In this document: positions 38,401 through 49,642 of the stretch, one piece after another | How the letters are laid out: each line of letters starts with the position of its first letter | How positions within the stretch are numbered: the first letter of the stretch is position 1 | Source of the DNA: an uncultured Chloroflexia bacterium | GTDB taxonomy: Bacteria > Chloroflexota > Anaerolineae > Anaerolineales > UBA4823 | DNA length: 64,000 nucleotides | Assembly: GCA_963809805.1 (NCBI GenBank) | Contig: CAWELB010000001.1 | Location: 12,447 to 76,446 of the forward strand | Direction: 5' to 3' | The notes under the pieces: model-generated | What the model saw: the letters and a program-made list of their open reading frames with translations, nothing else | Database searches by the model: none | Told to the model about the DNA's origin: nothing | Program-made: the position numbers and the translations under genes

Positions 38401-39468
38401 GTTCGACCCCGTGCGAGGCGAGCACCACGAGCGCGCTCGCCACAACGCCCCGAGCACGAACTCGGCGGGCCTGCCGACCGTGAACGGGAGGAACCCGCCG
38501 GACAGGTGCGCGAGCGCGGCAACCGGATTCGGGTCGGGCGAGACGGCGAGCCGCAGCAGGGCCAGAACCGCGGCGAGCACGGACACAATCGCCGCCACGG
38601 CACCCAGATAGCGGCGCCGCGACCGAGCGGCCGTCTGCCATTCGAGCAGGGGGATGATCCAGAGCAGCACCGCGAGGGCCGCGATGGCCAGGACCGCCCG
38701 CATGACGCGATCCCGCCACTGCCCGCGCGCTGCGGGGAGCGCGTCGGGCGCGATCTCCGCTTCGAGCAGTGGCTCGCCCGATGGCGCCTCGACGACGAAC
38801 CGGTAGGGGCTGTGCCCCCCGCCCGCCGCGTCGTCGCGCGCGCGCAGCGAGACGGGTACGATTGTGCGGCCGAGCAGGATCGTATCCGCCGCCGTCGTAC
38901 GGAGACCGCGCGCGGAGGACAACACCCGTTCGGCGGCCACCGAGCCAAGCCGTCGCCCGCGCGATCCGTCCAGGACGGGCCGCACATACACGAGCCGCAA
39001 TCCGAGCGGCCCCGGGGCCACGAACAACGCCTCGGGCCCGTCGGTCCGGTCCGGCGGCAACTCGGAAGGATGCCCGCTCCAGGCCACGGGCGTGCCGGCT
39101 GACCCGTAGACGGTGACGCTGAGCGCGGCGTCCTGGTGACCCTGTACGATCTGGTCGGCGCGATCGAGCAGGTTCCTGGCCGCGGTCGGATCGGTCGACG
39201 CGGACGCCAGCAGCGCACTCTCACCGGCGAGCGCCTCCGCGGTGTGCCGCAGGGCCGCGGCGTGGGCGTCAATCTGGGCGCGGACGGAGCGTTCGACGCG
39301 GGCGAGGGCCTCGGCGTCCGACGATCCGAATCGGGATCGCTCGAGCACGAGGCCGAGCGCGGCGGTCGCGGCGGCGCAGGCGGCGGCGACCGCGAACAGC
39401 CGCCGCACCGTACGCGCACCCGTCGCCGGTCGGCCGCCGCCCTCGGGCTGTGTCGAGTGGGCGATCAC
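35444..39468 (-). CDS. very large membrane sensor histidine kinase (NtrY-like C-terminus: HAMP-HisKA-HATPase_c), N-terminal ~1,000 aa frameshifted
   Basis: The 3' 248 aa are intact: AHEIKNPLTPIQLSAEHL, NVVENALHAM, DTGAGM, GTGLGLTIAKR. Upstream are HAMP DPVKRLTRATRRIARGDL, several TM stretches, and a periplasmic-looking N-terminus after GTG ~39468. Confidence 0.6.
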
Positions 39469-39601
39469 ATGCGTGGCTGAAGCCGGGAAAAGGGATCGGC
39501 CGGCTCCCGTCGGTCCGACTGCCAGCATACAGGCGCGCCATCGGGGCGACAAGGGGACGGTCCGGGCCCGCCCGCGGTGCTATAGTCAGCGGCGGCATCA
39601 A

Positions 39602-40656
39602 ATGGATGGTCCGCCAGGGCTCAAGACCCTGCTGAAGCGGGGCGCGCTCATCGCGGCGGCCAACTGGCAGGTCGTGACGGCGCAGTTCATCGCCGAGACG
39701 GCGTTCAAGATTCTCCTGACCGTCCCGCTGATCGGCGGCGTGCTCCTCGTCGTCCTGGTCGTGGGCGGCGACATCGTCGCCCTGGCCAGCGGGGATTTGC
39801 GCAGCACGATCGCGACCATTGCGGATGCCCTGGCGGCCCGGCCGGCGGCCCTCGCCCTGTTCTTCGTCGCGCTGCTGCTGGCGGTCGTCGGTGGTGCCGC
39901 CCTCGTGTTCTTCGTCAAGGGCGGCACGGTGACGGTGCTCGTCGGCGCCGACCGGAGATGCCCGACCCGTGGCGTGGAGCCCGCCGGGACTGCAGGGTCT
40001 CGCCGACATGTCGGGGTTCTCCATGGAAGCCTTCATGGACGGGAGCACCCGGCTCTTCGGCGCGATACCTGCGACTGGGGCTGGTGCTGATCGCCGGGTA
40101 CGCGGTGTCCGGGGCCGTCTACCTCGCCGTCATCTACGGCATCTACCAGCGCATGGGCGACAGCGCGCGGGCCCCTGGTCTGGCCGGTGGCGGCCGCCGC
40201 CTGCTCCATCGGCTCGTCATCTGGATCGCCGCGGTCAACCTCGTCTACGTCCTCGTGCAGATCGTCATGGCGGCCGACCACTGCGGTGTGCGAACCTCGG
40301 TCGCCCGTGTGGCGGCGCTGCTCCGCGCGCGCGGCCGGGGCGTGATCGCGGTCTTCGCCGTCGTGTTCGGGCTGGTGATGCTGGCCACGGCCGTGTCGGT
40401 CGTGGCCGCCGCGGGGCTGAGCCTCATCGCGTTCGTGCCGCTGGCCGGCGTTGCGGTGCTGCCGCTCCAGGCCGCGGCGTGGCTGCTGCGCGGGCTCGTC
40501 TTCCAGTACCTCGCCCTCACGGCGGTGGGCGCGTACGTCGCGCATACCGCGGGTTCCGGGAGTCCGATGCCGGCCCTGGCCCCGCGGGCGACGCCCCGGC
40601 GCCGGCGCCCTAGGGTGCGGACGGCGCGAGGAGTTGCAGCCGGCCGTCGCGTGTGA
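39602..40656 (+). CDS. polytopic membrane protein of unknown function, frameshifted; stop uncertain (40,613 or 40,656)
   Basis: MDGPPGLKTLLKRGALIAAANWQVVTAQFIAETAFKILLTVPLIGGVLLVVLVVGG..., later VLIAGYAVSGAVYLAVIYGIY and VFAVVFGLVMLATAVSVVAAAGLSLIAFVPLAG. No recognisable family. Confidence 0.4.
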
Positions 40657-41455
40657 GGACGAGGAGCCCCGCAGGCGGGGATCCCACCAGGTGCGGCGGA
40701 GCCACGAAATAGAGGGCGCGTCCCTCCGGCGACTTGAGGCTCATCTCGCCGGCCGGCGCCCCGTCCCGCGCCCGATACGCGCGCAGGTCCACCGCCACGC
40801 CCGCGATGATCAGGATCTCCCCGGCCTGCAGCGGGCCGGCCGACGGCCGGATCGGCAGCGGGCGCTGCCACCGCAACGCCCCGCTTCGGCCGTCGAGGGC
40901 GCGCAGTTCGTTGTCGAGCCCCACGAAGTACACGCGATCGCGATCGGCGACCGGCGCACCGATCAGGTCGCCGCCGGTGCGCCAGCGCCACGCGATGTCG
41001 CCGTTCGAGGCGGCCAGCTTGTAGAGGTAATTGTCGGTGGAACCCACGTAGACCTGGTCGTCGAGGGCCAGGATCCCGGTCGCCGGCCCCGGAAGCCGCC
41101 GGGTCCACAAGGGCGTGCCGGTCTGCACGGCCAGCGCCGTCACGTGGCCGCTCTCGAGCGGCACGTACGGCTGGCGCCCGGAGATGGCCGGGGCGATTCG
41201 CGTCGGCGAGGCGAGCGGGCGGTGCCAGAGCACCTCGCCGTCGAGCCCCCGCAGGGCGACGAGATCGTTGCGATCGGTGCCCGCGACCAGCCAGCCCGTG
41301 TTCCAGACGAGCGGTGCGGTGAGCCGCCCCTCCAGCGGAACGCGCCATTGCCGGACGCCCGTGTCGGCGGCATACGCCTCGATGGCCTCGGCCGTGCCGA
41401 CAAACACGAGGTCGTCGCCCGCGGCCGGCGCCGTGACGGCCGTAAGAAGGTCATC
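40610..41455 (-). CDS. PQQ-like beta-propeller repeat protein (BamB-like), N-terminus cut off at the composition breakpoint
   Basis: The long intact frame carries repeated motifs: AYAADTGVRQWR, LRGLDGEVLWHR, LAVQTGTPLWTR, YVGSTDNYLYKLAASNGDIAWRW, RVYFVGLDNELRALDGRSGALRWQ. Confidence 0.65.
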   Translation of the reverse strand, partial: DDLLTAVTAPAAGDDLVFVGTAEAIEAYAADTGVRQWRVPLEGRLTAPLVWNTGWLVAGTDRNDLVALRGLDGEVLWHRPLASPTRIAPAISGRQPYVPLESGHVTALAVQTGTPLWTRRLPGPATGILALDDQVYVGSTDNYLYKLAASNGDIAWRWRTGGDLIGAPVADRDRVYFVGLDNELRALDGRSGALRWQRPLPIRPSAGPLQAGEILIIAGVAVDLRAYRARDGAPAGEMSLKSPEGRALYFVAPPHLVGSPPAGLLVLTRDGRLQLLAPSAP

Positions 41456-41882
41456 GACCGGGGCAATACATAAGGCTGCAACAGGTTTTCCGGCATCTAC
41501 CATTTCCCTGATGCATCGTTCGACCTCCGGCACAACCTTGGAATTCCTGCCTTTGAATGCCCAGTCCGACAGGTTTTTGGCGGCTCCGAATCCGCCCGGG
41601 AATAATAATCCATCAAAATCTGTTGCCCTGAATTGTGTCAAGGGATTTGATATTTCCACGTGCGATCCTTGCAGATTCAACAAGAACATTTCTTGTCTCA
41701 TTCATTTCCTTGCCTGTAAGATGATTGATAACATGGTGCTGGTTAATATCAGGTGCAAAAACCTGGTAACCGGCCCCACGATGCATAATAAAATAAAGAC
41801 TCAGGGTTGCTTCATGTATTTCAGATCCATCAAAAACTCCACAACCGGAAAGAACCACCGCAATTTTTTTTGATTTACTCAT
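41456..41882 (-). pseudogene. elbB: ElbB/DJ-1-PfpI-family protein fragment (C-terminus missing, one frameshift)
   Basis: [30 protein letters not shown]...[13 protein letters not shown], then a shifted frame [35 protein letters not shown]-rich codon usage ends abruptly at ~41,455 in the middle of the ORF. Confidence 0.7.
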
Positions 41883-41954
41883 TTTTCGTTTTATTTTAGA
41901 TTGAGCAACTAATTTACTAAAAAATACAGCATTTGTAAATGGGGAAATTCTGAA

Positions 41955-42300
41955 ATGAATGATAATCAATGTAAACGCTTATTTATTGCGGTTAAGATAA
42001 AACCTGATGATTCATTTCTGAATTGGCACAAGCGAATAAAAGAAAAATTACATGGAGAGGATATTCGTTGGACAAAATCCTGAAAACTTCCATATTACTT
42101 TAAGGTTCCTGGGAGATACAAATATTAAATCTATTCCTGGAATTTCTACAGCCCTGAATTTTTCTGTTGTTTCACACAAACCATTCCGGTTTTCCCTGTC
42201 AGGGATTGGTGTTTTCAGGAGTCTGAGCTTTCAAAAGTATTTTGGATTGGATTGAAAAAAGACAGGGAGACTTCGCCCGTATAAAAGAAAGTGTTGATAT
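41955..42300 (+). pseudogene. 2'-5' RNA ligase (LigT/ThpR) fragment, frameshifted and 3'-truncated
   Basis: KRLFIAVKI, the first H-x-T/S-x motif (FHITLRFLGD), and PFRFSLSGIGVF. The second HxTx motif is missing because the sequence changes character at ~42,300. Confidence 0.55.
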
Positions 42301-42774
42301 TGGACCGCGCCAATGTAGCGCGCCTTTCCCGCCCGCACCACATCGTTCAGCGCTTCCATCGTCTCCTCGATTGGGGTTTCGTAATCCCAGCGATGGATCT
42401 GATACAGGTCTACGTAATCCACTCCTAGCCGCTTCAGGCTTTGGTCGATCTCGCTCAGGATCGCCTTGCGCGACAGTCCGGAGCCATTGGGTCCATCATG
42501 CATTTTGCCATGTACCTTGGTGGCAATGACGACTTCGTCCCGTTTGGCGAAGTCCTTCAATGGCCTGGATCTCCTCACTCCTACCAATGGAATATACATT
42601 GGCTGTATCGAAGAAATTGATCCCCAGCTCTAGAGCTTTTTGGATGATCGACCGGCTGTTTTCCTCGTCGAGTACCCATTTGTGAACCCAACGCTTTGCG
42701 TCCCCAAACCCCATGCAGCCGAGACAGATGCGCGAGACTTTCATCCCTGTGGATCCTAATCGAACGTATTCCAT
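42300..42774 (-). pseudogene. aldo/keto reductase fragment (C-terminal half missing, one frameshift near 42,575)
   Basis: MEYVRLGSTGMKVSRICLGCMGFG, INFFDTANVYS, then a shifted frame LKDFAKRDEVVIATKV, DYVDLYQIHRWD, GKARYIGA. It then stops being AKR-like at ~42,300. Confidence 0.7.
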
Positions 42775-42824
42775 GGTCTTTTCCTTTAATGGGTTTGGGC
42801 GAGAGACCTCATTGATAAAACTGA

Positions 42825-43211
42825 CTATGGGTTGGCTGAGTGCGGCACAAGTTTGAGGGTTGACGCGCGTGCCTCAGGGCTCACGATGGTGCCGACGATT
42901 CTTGTGCCATAGCGGCGGTACTTTGTGTGGTAAACCGCGTCGATCGGATCGTTGATGTCGGGATCAGCATCCATGAAGGTGACGTCTTTGTCGATGCCGC
43001 CAGCCTGGATGTGGCCTTCGTGGCGCAACTGGGTACCGCGGAACCAGGCACCCGAACGCCCGTTCACCGCTCGGACGTATAGCTCGTCACCGAAACGCAC
43101 CACCCATATCGTCACCGGCTTTCGTAGCGTGCCGTCGCCACGCAGTGACTCAATCTGCAGTTCTTCCGCATTTCCGATCTTGTTGAGTTCGTCGCTCGTC
43201 CATCTTGTCAT
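42825..43211 (-). CDS. DUF2255-family protein
   Basis: Intact 128-aa ORF. WTSDELNKIGNAEELQIESLRGDGTLRKPVTIWVVRFGDELYVR matches my recollection of DUF2255; not searched. Confidence 0.55.
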   Translation of the reverse strand: MTRWTSDELNKIGNAEELQIESLRGDGTLRKPVTIWVVRFGDELYVRAVNGRSGAWFRGTQLRHEGHIQAGGIDKDVTFMDADPDINDPIDAVYHTKYRRYGTRIVGTIVSPEARASTLKLVPHSANP

Positions 43212-43241
43212 TTTTTTAATTCCTTTCCAATCTTACCTGAT

Positions 43242-44243
<1,002 letters not shown>

Positions 44244-44460
44244 CTATACTCCCTTATTTCTATATATCGTCTGCGCTTACTCACCGATATTTTCTCTGTC
44301 CAATGGTTCTATCGAGTAAGACCTACAAGTTCGATAGCTCCTCTCCTGATTTCCGTATTCCTGCAGCGTCTTCTTGATCTCGCTGGTGGAAATCGGGGGA
44401 GGTCTGGTCCCCCCTGGTTCTGGGGAGGATGGGAGGGGGTGAGTAATTACTTTCGTCTTT

Positions 44461-44847
44461 CTATCCTTCGATTGGAATTAATTCTTTCTCTTTTTTCAAC
44501 ACTGCTTCTTCATATACCTTTATTTTGTAATCCAACAGGTCCAGTGTTTTTTGCATTTCTTTCATTCTGGTCGCCAGCAGCACCCGCTGTTCTTTCAAGA
44601 TTTCTTTTCTGGCTTCAATAGTCATGTCGCCTTGTTGAACTAACCGGACGTACTCTATCAGTGTTTCAATTGGAAGCCCCGCCCTCCGCATGCACTTGAT
44701 AAATTCAACCCGCTTCATGTCCGTTTCGATATAATCTCTGATCCCGCTTTTATTTCGATTTACCGGCGGGATCAATCCAATGCGTTCATAGTAACGCAGC
44801 GTATCCAATGAAATGCCATATCGTTCACTTACTTCCGCAATTTTCAT
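44461..44847 (-). CDS. MerR-family transcriptional regulator
   Basis: MKIAEVSERYGISLDTLRYYERIGLIPPVNRNKSGIRDY (MerR HTH) plus a coiled-coil C-terminus. It lies upstream of, and co-directional with, the AKR/DUF2255 genes. Confidence 0.85.
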   Translation of the reverse strand: MKIAEVSERYGISLDTLRYYERIGLIPPVNRNKSGIRDYIETDMKRVEFIKCMRRAGLPIETLIEYVRLVQQGDMTIEARKEILKEQRVLLATRMKEMQKTLDLLDYKIKVYEEAVLKKEKELIPIEG

Positions 44848-45103
44848 ACCTTCACCTCTAAGGGATAGTTTATCACCTGGAGTTGACTCCAAGTCAAGGG
44901 TATTTACTTAAATATATCCAGAAGTCCTTGGATAAGCACTCAAAGTATGGGAGAGAAATACAATTTCTTCTCCCCCTCTCAACTTGTCGGTCTTTCTGCT
45001 TCCCATATCCTAAATAAATACCCCCGTGTGTTCAGGGAGAGGTATAATTCCATCCGCAAATTTAACTGAAATATTGGCCGGTGGAGGAAGGAGTCGATGC
45101 GCC

Positions 45104-46783
45104 ATGTTTGATCGTGAAAAACTTGAACAGCTGCGTCAGGCGCTGCAGGAGTGGGAGCTTGGTGATCTTCAAAAAGCGCTCGATTCCATGCCCGAGCGCC
45201 AGGCTTCATTTATCACCACCTCCTCCGAGCCCGTGGAACGCCTGTATACTCCCCTGGACCTCCCCGACTTTGACTACCTGACCGACCTGGGTTTCCCGGG
45301 CGAATATCCTTATACGCGTGGGGTGCACCCAACCCTTCACCGCAGCCGCCTTTGGACCATGCGCATGTTCGCTGGTTTCGGCACCGCCGAAGAGACCAAT
45401 GCCCGCTTCAAATACTTGTTGGACCAGGGGCAAACCGGTCTCTCGATTGCCTATGACCTGCCCACCCTGATGGGTTATGATTCAGACGCCCCCGAAGCCC
45501 TGGGTGAGTTCGGCAAGTGCGGTGTGGCGGTTTCCTCCCTTAAAGATATGGAAATTCTGCTGCAGGGCATTCCGCTGGATAAGGTTTCCACCAGCATGAC
45601 CATTAACTCACCGGCACCCATCATCTGGGCGATGTACATCGCCGCAGCCGAAAAACAGGGCATCCGCCCCGACCAGCTGCGTGGCACCACTCAGAACGAT
45701 ATCCTCAAGGAATATATCGCCCAAAAAGAATACATCTTCCCCCCCGAGCCATCCATGCGCCTGGTGGTGGATACGATTGAGTTCGGCACCAGCACCGTCC
45801 CGCAGTGGAATACCATCAGCATCTCGGGTTACCATATTCGCGAGGCCGGCTCAACCGCCGCCCAGGAGCTGGCTTTCACCCTCGCCGATGGTATGGAGTA
45901 TGTGCGTTGGTCTTTGCAGCGTGGCCTGGATATCGATAGCTTTGCCCCACGCCTGTCTTTCTTCTTCAATGCCCATAACGATTTCTTCGAGGAGATCGCC
46001 AAGTACCGCGCCGCACGCCGTATTTGGGCGCATGAGATGCGCTATAAATTCAACGCCAAAAGCGAGCGCTCCTGGCTGATGCGCTTCCATACCCAGACTG
46101 CCGGTGTCTCTCTCACCGCTCAGCAGCCGGAGATAAACATCGTTCGTGTCGCCATCCAGGCGCTTGCCGCTGTGCTTGGGGGCACCCAATCGCTGCACAC
46201 CAACAGCATGGATGAAGCCCTGGCACTCCCCTCCCAGCATGCCGCTACCATCGCCCTTCGTACCCAACAGATCATCGCCGAGGAATCAGGCGTCGCCAAT
46301 ACAGTTGACCCTCTGGCAGGTTCCTACTTCCTCGAATCTCAAACCCGGCGTATCGAAACCGAGGCTTATGACTACTTCCGCCGCATCGATGAGCTCGGCG
46401 GGGTACTTCCTGCGATTGATAAGGGTTTCTTCCAAAGCGAGATTTCGGATGCCGCCTATCGCTACCAGTGTGAGATTGACGAGGGACTGCGCAAAATCGT
46501 GGGTGTAAATGCCTACGCCGAAGACAAACCGCTCTCCATTCCGCTGCTCGCCATGGATCCCGCTGGTTTCACCCGCCAGGCTGAGCGCCTCAAGCAGGTG
46601 CGCCAGACCCGTGATGCCGGGCGTGTGGGGCAGGCCTTAGACCATCTGCGCCTCGCCTGCCGCGGCACCCAGAACACCATGCCCTTCATCCTGGATGCGG
46701 TGCGTGCCTATGCCACCCTGAGTGAGATCGTGGGTGTCATGAAACAAGAATTTGGTATCTACCAGGAACCTACCTGGATTTAG
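45104..46783 (+). CDS. methylmalonyl-CoA mutase-family (acyl-CoA mutase) large subunit, catalytic TIM-barrel part only
   Basis: GGAGGAAGGAG RBS then ATG 45104; [69 protein letters not shown]. There is no B12-binding (DxHxxG) C-terminal domain in this 559-aa ORF. Confidence 0.9.
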   Translation: MFDREKLEQLRQALQEWELGDLQKALDSMPERQASFITTSSEPVERLYTPLDLPDFDYLTDLGFPGEYPYTRGVHPTLHRSRLWTMRMFAGFGTAEETNARFKYLLDQGQTGLSIAYDLPTLMGYDSDAPEALGEFGKCGVAVSSLKDMEILLQGIPLDKVSTSMTINSPAPIIWAMYIAAAEKQGIRPDQLRGTTQNDILKEYIAQKEYIFPPEPSMRLVVDTIEFGTSTVPQWNTISISGYHIREAGSTAAQELAFTLADGMEYVRWSLQRGLDIDSFAPRLSFFFNAHNDFFEEIAKYRAARRIWAHEMRYKFNAKSERSWLMRFHTQTAGVSLTAQQPEINIVRVAIQALAAVLGGTQSLHTNSMDEALALPSQHAATIALRTQQIIAEESGVANTVDPLAGSYFLESQTRRIETEAYDYFRRIDELGGVLPAIDKGFFQSEISDAAYRYQCEIDEGLRKIVGVNAYAEDKPLSIPLLAMDPAGFTRQAERLKQVRQTRDAGRVGQALDHLRLACRGTQNTMPFILDAVRAYATLSEIVGVMKQEFGIYQEPTWI

Positions 46784-46834
46784 TTATTTTTCCTGGGCAG
46801 CTCCGCTTCTCGGGATGATCAATTGGAGAAGAAT

Positions 46835-48037
46835 ATGGCAAATATCAAGAAGACTCAAGGTGTGATCGGTATCCTGACTGGTGGTGGAGACGTGCCAGGC
46901 CTAAATCCGGCCATCCGCGCCGTGACGGTGCGCGCCCTGCGTGAAGGCTACAAAGTCATTGGCTTGCGCCGCGGCTGGGCAGGTATCATCGACGTGATAC
47001 GTGACGAGAAAGCTGATAACAGCGATAATTTCCAGATCCTCACCGAGGAGGGCGTCAATCGGGCTGGGCGAACTGGAGGTACCTTCCTGCATACCTCTCG
47101 CACCCGTCCGAGTTTGGTGAAGAAGGAAAGCGTGCCTACCCACTTGCAGGAAAAGTACAAGGCCGACTCGAATGACCTGACTCCCGAGGTGCTCAAGAAC
47201 CTGGATTGGCTGGGCATCGATTACCTGATCCCCATCGGCGGTGACGACACCCTCAGCTACGCCGTGCGCCTGTACCAGGAGGGTGTCAAGATCATCGCCA
47301 TCCCCAAGACGATGGATAATGATGTGCCTGGCACCGATTACTGTATTGGCTTCAGCACCTGTGTCACCCGCACCATCCAGCTCACCAACAACCTGCGCAC
47401 CATCGCTGGCTCGCATGAGCGCATCATGGTGCTGGAAGTGTTCGGGCGCTACGCTGGCTTCACCGCCATGCTGCCCACCATGGCTGGCGCGGCCAATCGC
47501 TGTGTGATCCCCGAGTTCAAGTTCAATATTGATCGCCTGGCAGAGCTGCTGGTATACGACCGCAACCGCAACCCCAGCAAGTACGCCGTGGTGCTCGTCT
47601 CTGAAGGGGCGGTGTTCGAAGGTCAGGAGATGGTCTTCCTGGATAAGACCACCGATGCATACGGGCACGCCAAGCTGGGTGGCATCGGTGACCTGGTTTC
47701 AGCCCGCCTGGCCGAGCTCACCGGTAAATATAACAACGGCAAACCAATCAACATCATCAACCAGAAGCTGGGCTATATGGTGCGTGCCGGTGACCCAGAT
47801 GCCATTGACTCGATCGTCCCGATGGCTTATGGCAACCTGGCACTGAACCTGGCGATGAAGAAGGTGCATGGTCGGTTGGTTGTTTTGAAGAATGGGCGCT
47901 ATGACAATATGCCTGTGGATGTGATCATCGGCAAGAAGAAGATGGTGGATATCAACACCTATTACAACAGCGACCGCTTGCGCCCCTATTACGAGTCCTT
48001 TGAAATGAAACCGCTATTCATTATGACAAGTGAGTGA
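46835..48037 (+). CDS. pfp: 6-phosphofructokinase, predicted pyrophosphate-dependent
   Basis: IGILTGGGDVPGLNPAIR, PIGGDDTLSYA (GGDD rather than GGDG) and IAIPKTMDNDV (Lys rather than Gly). These are the two positions known to discriminate PPi- from ATP-dependent PFKs. Confidence 0.8.
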   Translation: MANIKKTQGVIGILTGGGDVPGLNPAIRAVTVRALREGYKVIGLRRGWAGIIDVIRDEKADNSDNFQILTEEGVNRAGRTGGTFLHTSRTRPSLVKKESVPTHLQEKYKADSNDLTPEVLKNLDWLGIDYLIPIGGDDTLSYAVRLYQEGVKIIAIPKTMDNDVPGTDYCIGFSTCVTRTIQLTNNLRTIAGSHERIMVLEVFGRYAGFTAMLPTMAGAANRCVIPEFKFNIDRLAELLVYDRNRNPSKYAVVLVSEGAVFEGQEMVFLDKTTDAYGHAKLGGIGDLVSARLAELTGKYNNGKPINIINQKLGYMVRAGDPDAIDSIVPMAYGNLALNLAMKKVHGRLVVLKNGRYDNMPVDVIIGKKKMVDINTYYNSDRLRPYYESFEMKPLFIMTSE

Positions 48038-48039
48038 GA

Positions 48040-48330
48040 ACAGATGACACGAGCGGCACCAAAGTTTTTTCGTAGGAGCAGGCTTTGTGCAACCAGGTTT
48101 TGGTTGTGCTCAGGCCTGCCCTTTATTATTGTAGAGCGAGCCTCACCTCTTACCCTCCCCCTATCCGGTGGTTTTCCGGGATGGGGGGATTGAGGGGGGC
48201 TTCTTCATCTTTTATTCGGCTAACTTGTTGATTACCACGATTATTTTCTTTTCTCCAATCATGCCCATCATCTAATCATATAAATCATGGTTCAGACCTG
48301 TTTTTCCTTCTCCATCCCGCCCACACGTTA
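48040..48330. repeat. intergenic modular repeat cluster 1 (hairpin module, module B 48151-48200, module C 48230-48295)
   Basis: CCCTCCCCCTATCCGGTGGTTTTCCGGGATGGGGGGATTGAGGGGGG and AATCATGCCCATCATCTAATCATATAAATCATGGTTCAG recur with few changes at 53.4, 54.5 and 55.1 kb. Confidence 0.8.
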
Positions 48331-48483
48331 CTTAAATCACCCCCCAGCATGTACAAATCTCCGCATTCGGTATATTATCCCAAAGCTTTGATATAATGAA
48401 TATCTACTGGCTCGAATTGTGGGTCGATGCCAGATAAAATCCGACACATTTCTGTGCCAAACCTATATATTGAGGAGAATGCA

Positions 48484-49581
48484 ATGTCAAAGAAAGTAAA
48501 TGTACTTTTAATTTTGGCTTTAATGGCTACGACCATCCTTGCAGCCTGCCAGCCAAAGGCAACTGAGGCCCCAGTTGTTACAGATGCACCCGCCGCCGTA
48601 GAAACCGAAGCCCCGCTCGTGATCACTGACACTGAGCTCAACGTGCTCTGCACCCCACAAGAAGAGTGGTGTCAGGGAATGAAGCAGGAATTCGAAGCCA
48701 AGTACGGCATCACCGTGAACTATGTCCGCATGTCTGCAGGCGAAGCCCTGGCCCGTATCGAAGCTGAGAAAGACGCCCCCACCTTTGATATCTGGTGGGG
48801 TGGCCCCATCGATAGTTTCGTTTCCGCCAAGGGCAAGGGTTTGCTCGAAGCCTACAATTCACCCAATTTTAAAAATCTCTATAATCCCGATCTTATGAAA
48901 GATGCCGACAATCAGTGGGTGGGTGTGTATGTAGGCACGCTTGGCTTTGCCACCAACACCAATTGGCTCGCCGCACATCCCGATTCCAAAGCCCCTACCT
49001 CATGGGACGACCTGCTGAAACCCGAGTTTGCCGACCAGGTGATGGTTGCCCACCCCTCCACCTCCGGCACTTCCTACACCGCCCTGTGCACAGTCTTGCA
49101 GATACGTGGTGAGACAGCCGGCTGGGAATATATTAAAAAGTACGCCGCTCAGATGGCTTCCTTCACCAAAAGCGGTGCCGCCCCTGCCAAGTTCGTCGGC
49201 CAGGGAGAAGCAGCGGTTGCCATCGTTTTCTCACACGATACCGTGAACGAAATTGAAAACAACCAGATGCCCCTGGTGCTCACCTTCCCCGCCGAAGGCA
49301 CCGGCTACGAAGTGGGTGGTATGGCCATTTTGAAGGGTGCCAAGAATATCCAGGCTGCCCATTTGTGGTACGACTGGGAACTCACACCCGAAGGCCAATC
49401 CCTGGGACCTAAATACCACGCTTACCAGGCTCCCACGATCAATGGCGTTGAGCTCTCCCACCCCGAATTGATGGAAGCTAAGCTGATCGATTATAACTTC
49501 CAGTGGTGCGGCGAGAACAAGACTGCCTTCGTAGACAAGTTCACCAACGAAATCGCCAACGCTGAAAATCTGAAGCAGTAG
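48484..49581 (+). CDS. ABC transporter substrate-binding lipoprotein (Fe3+/small-solute family 1 type)
   Basis: Signal peptide with lipobox MSKKVNVLLILALMATTILAAC. The mature part is typical of family-1 SBPs (DIWWGGPID, VAHPSTSGTSY). Ligand assignment is not possible by eye. Confidence 0.75.
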   Translation: MSKKVNVLLILALMATTILAACQPKATEAPVVTDAPAAVETEAPLVITDTELNVLCTPQEEWCQGMKQEFEAKYGITVNYVRMSAGEALARIEAEKDAPTFDIWWGGPIDSFVSAKGKGLLEAYNSPNFKNLYNPDLMKDADNQWVGVYVGTLGFATNTNWLAAHPDSKAPTSWDDLLKPEFADQVMVAHPSTSGTSYTALCTVLQIRGETAGWEYIKKYAAQMASFTKSGAAPAKFVGQGEAAVAIVFSHDTVNEIENNQMPLVLTFPAEGTGYEVGGMAILKGAKNIQAAHLWYDWELTPEGQSLGPKYHAYQAPTINGVELSHPELMEAKLIDYNFQWCGENKTAFVDKFTNEIANAENLKQ

Positions 49582-49642
49582 TAACAATATTATCGAATTC
49601 TGGGCAGCGCAAGCTGCCCAGAATCCTTTTCTCTGGAGGATT

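Noticed and set aside
40610-41701. 363-aa ORF as a genuine ElbB-PQQ-propeller fusion protein
   Set aside because: Codon composition flips from AT-rich to GC-rich at ~41,455 within the ORF, the ElbB part is truncated and the propeller lacks its N-terminus. This is a join artefact.
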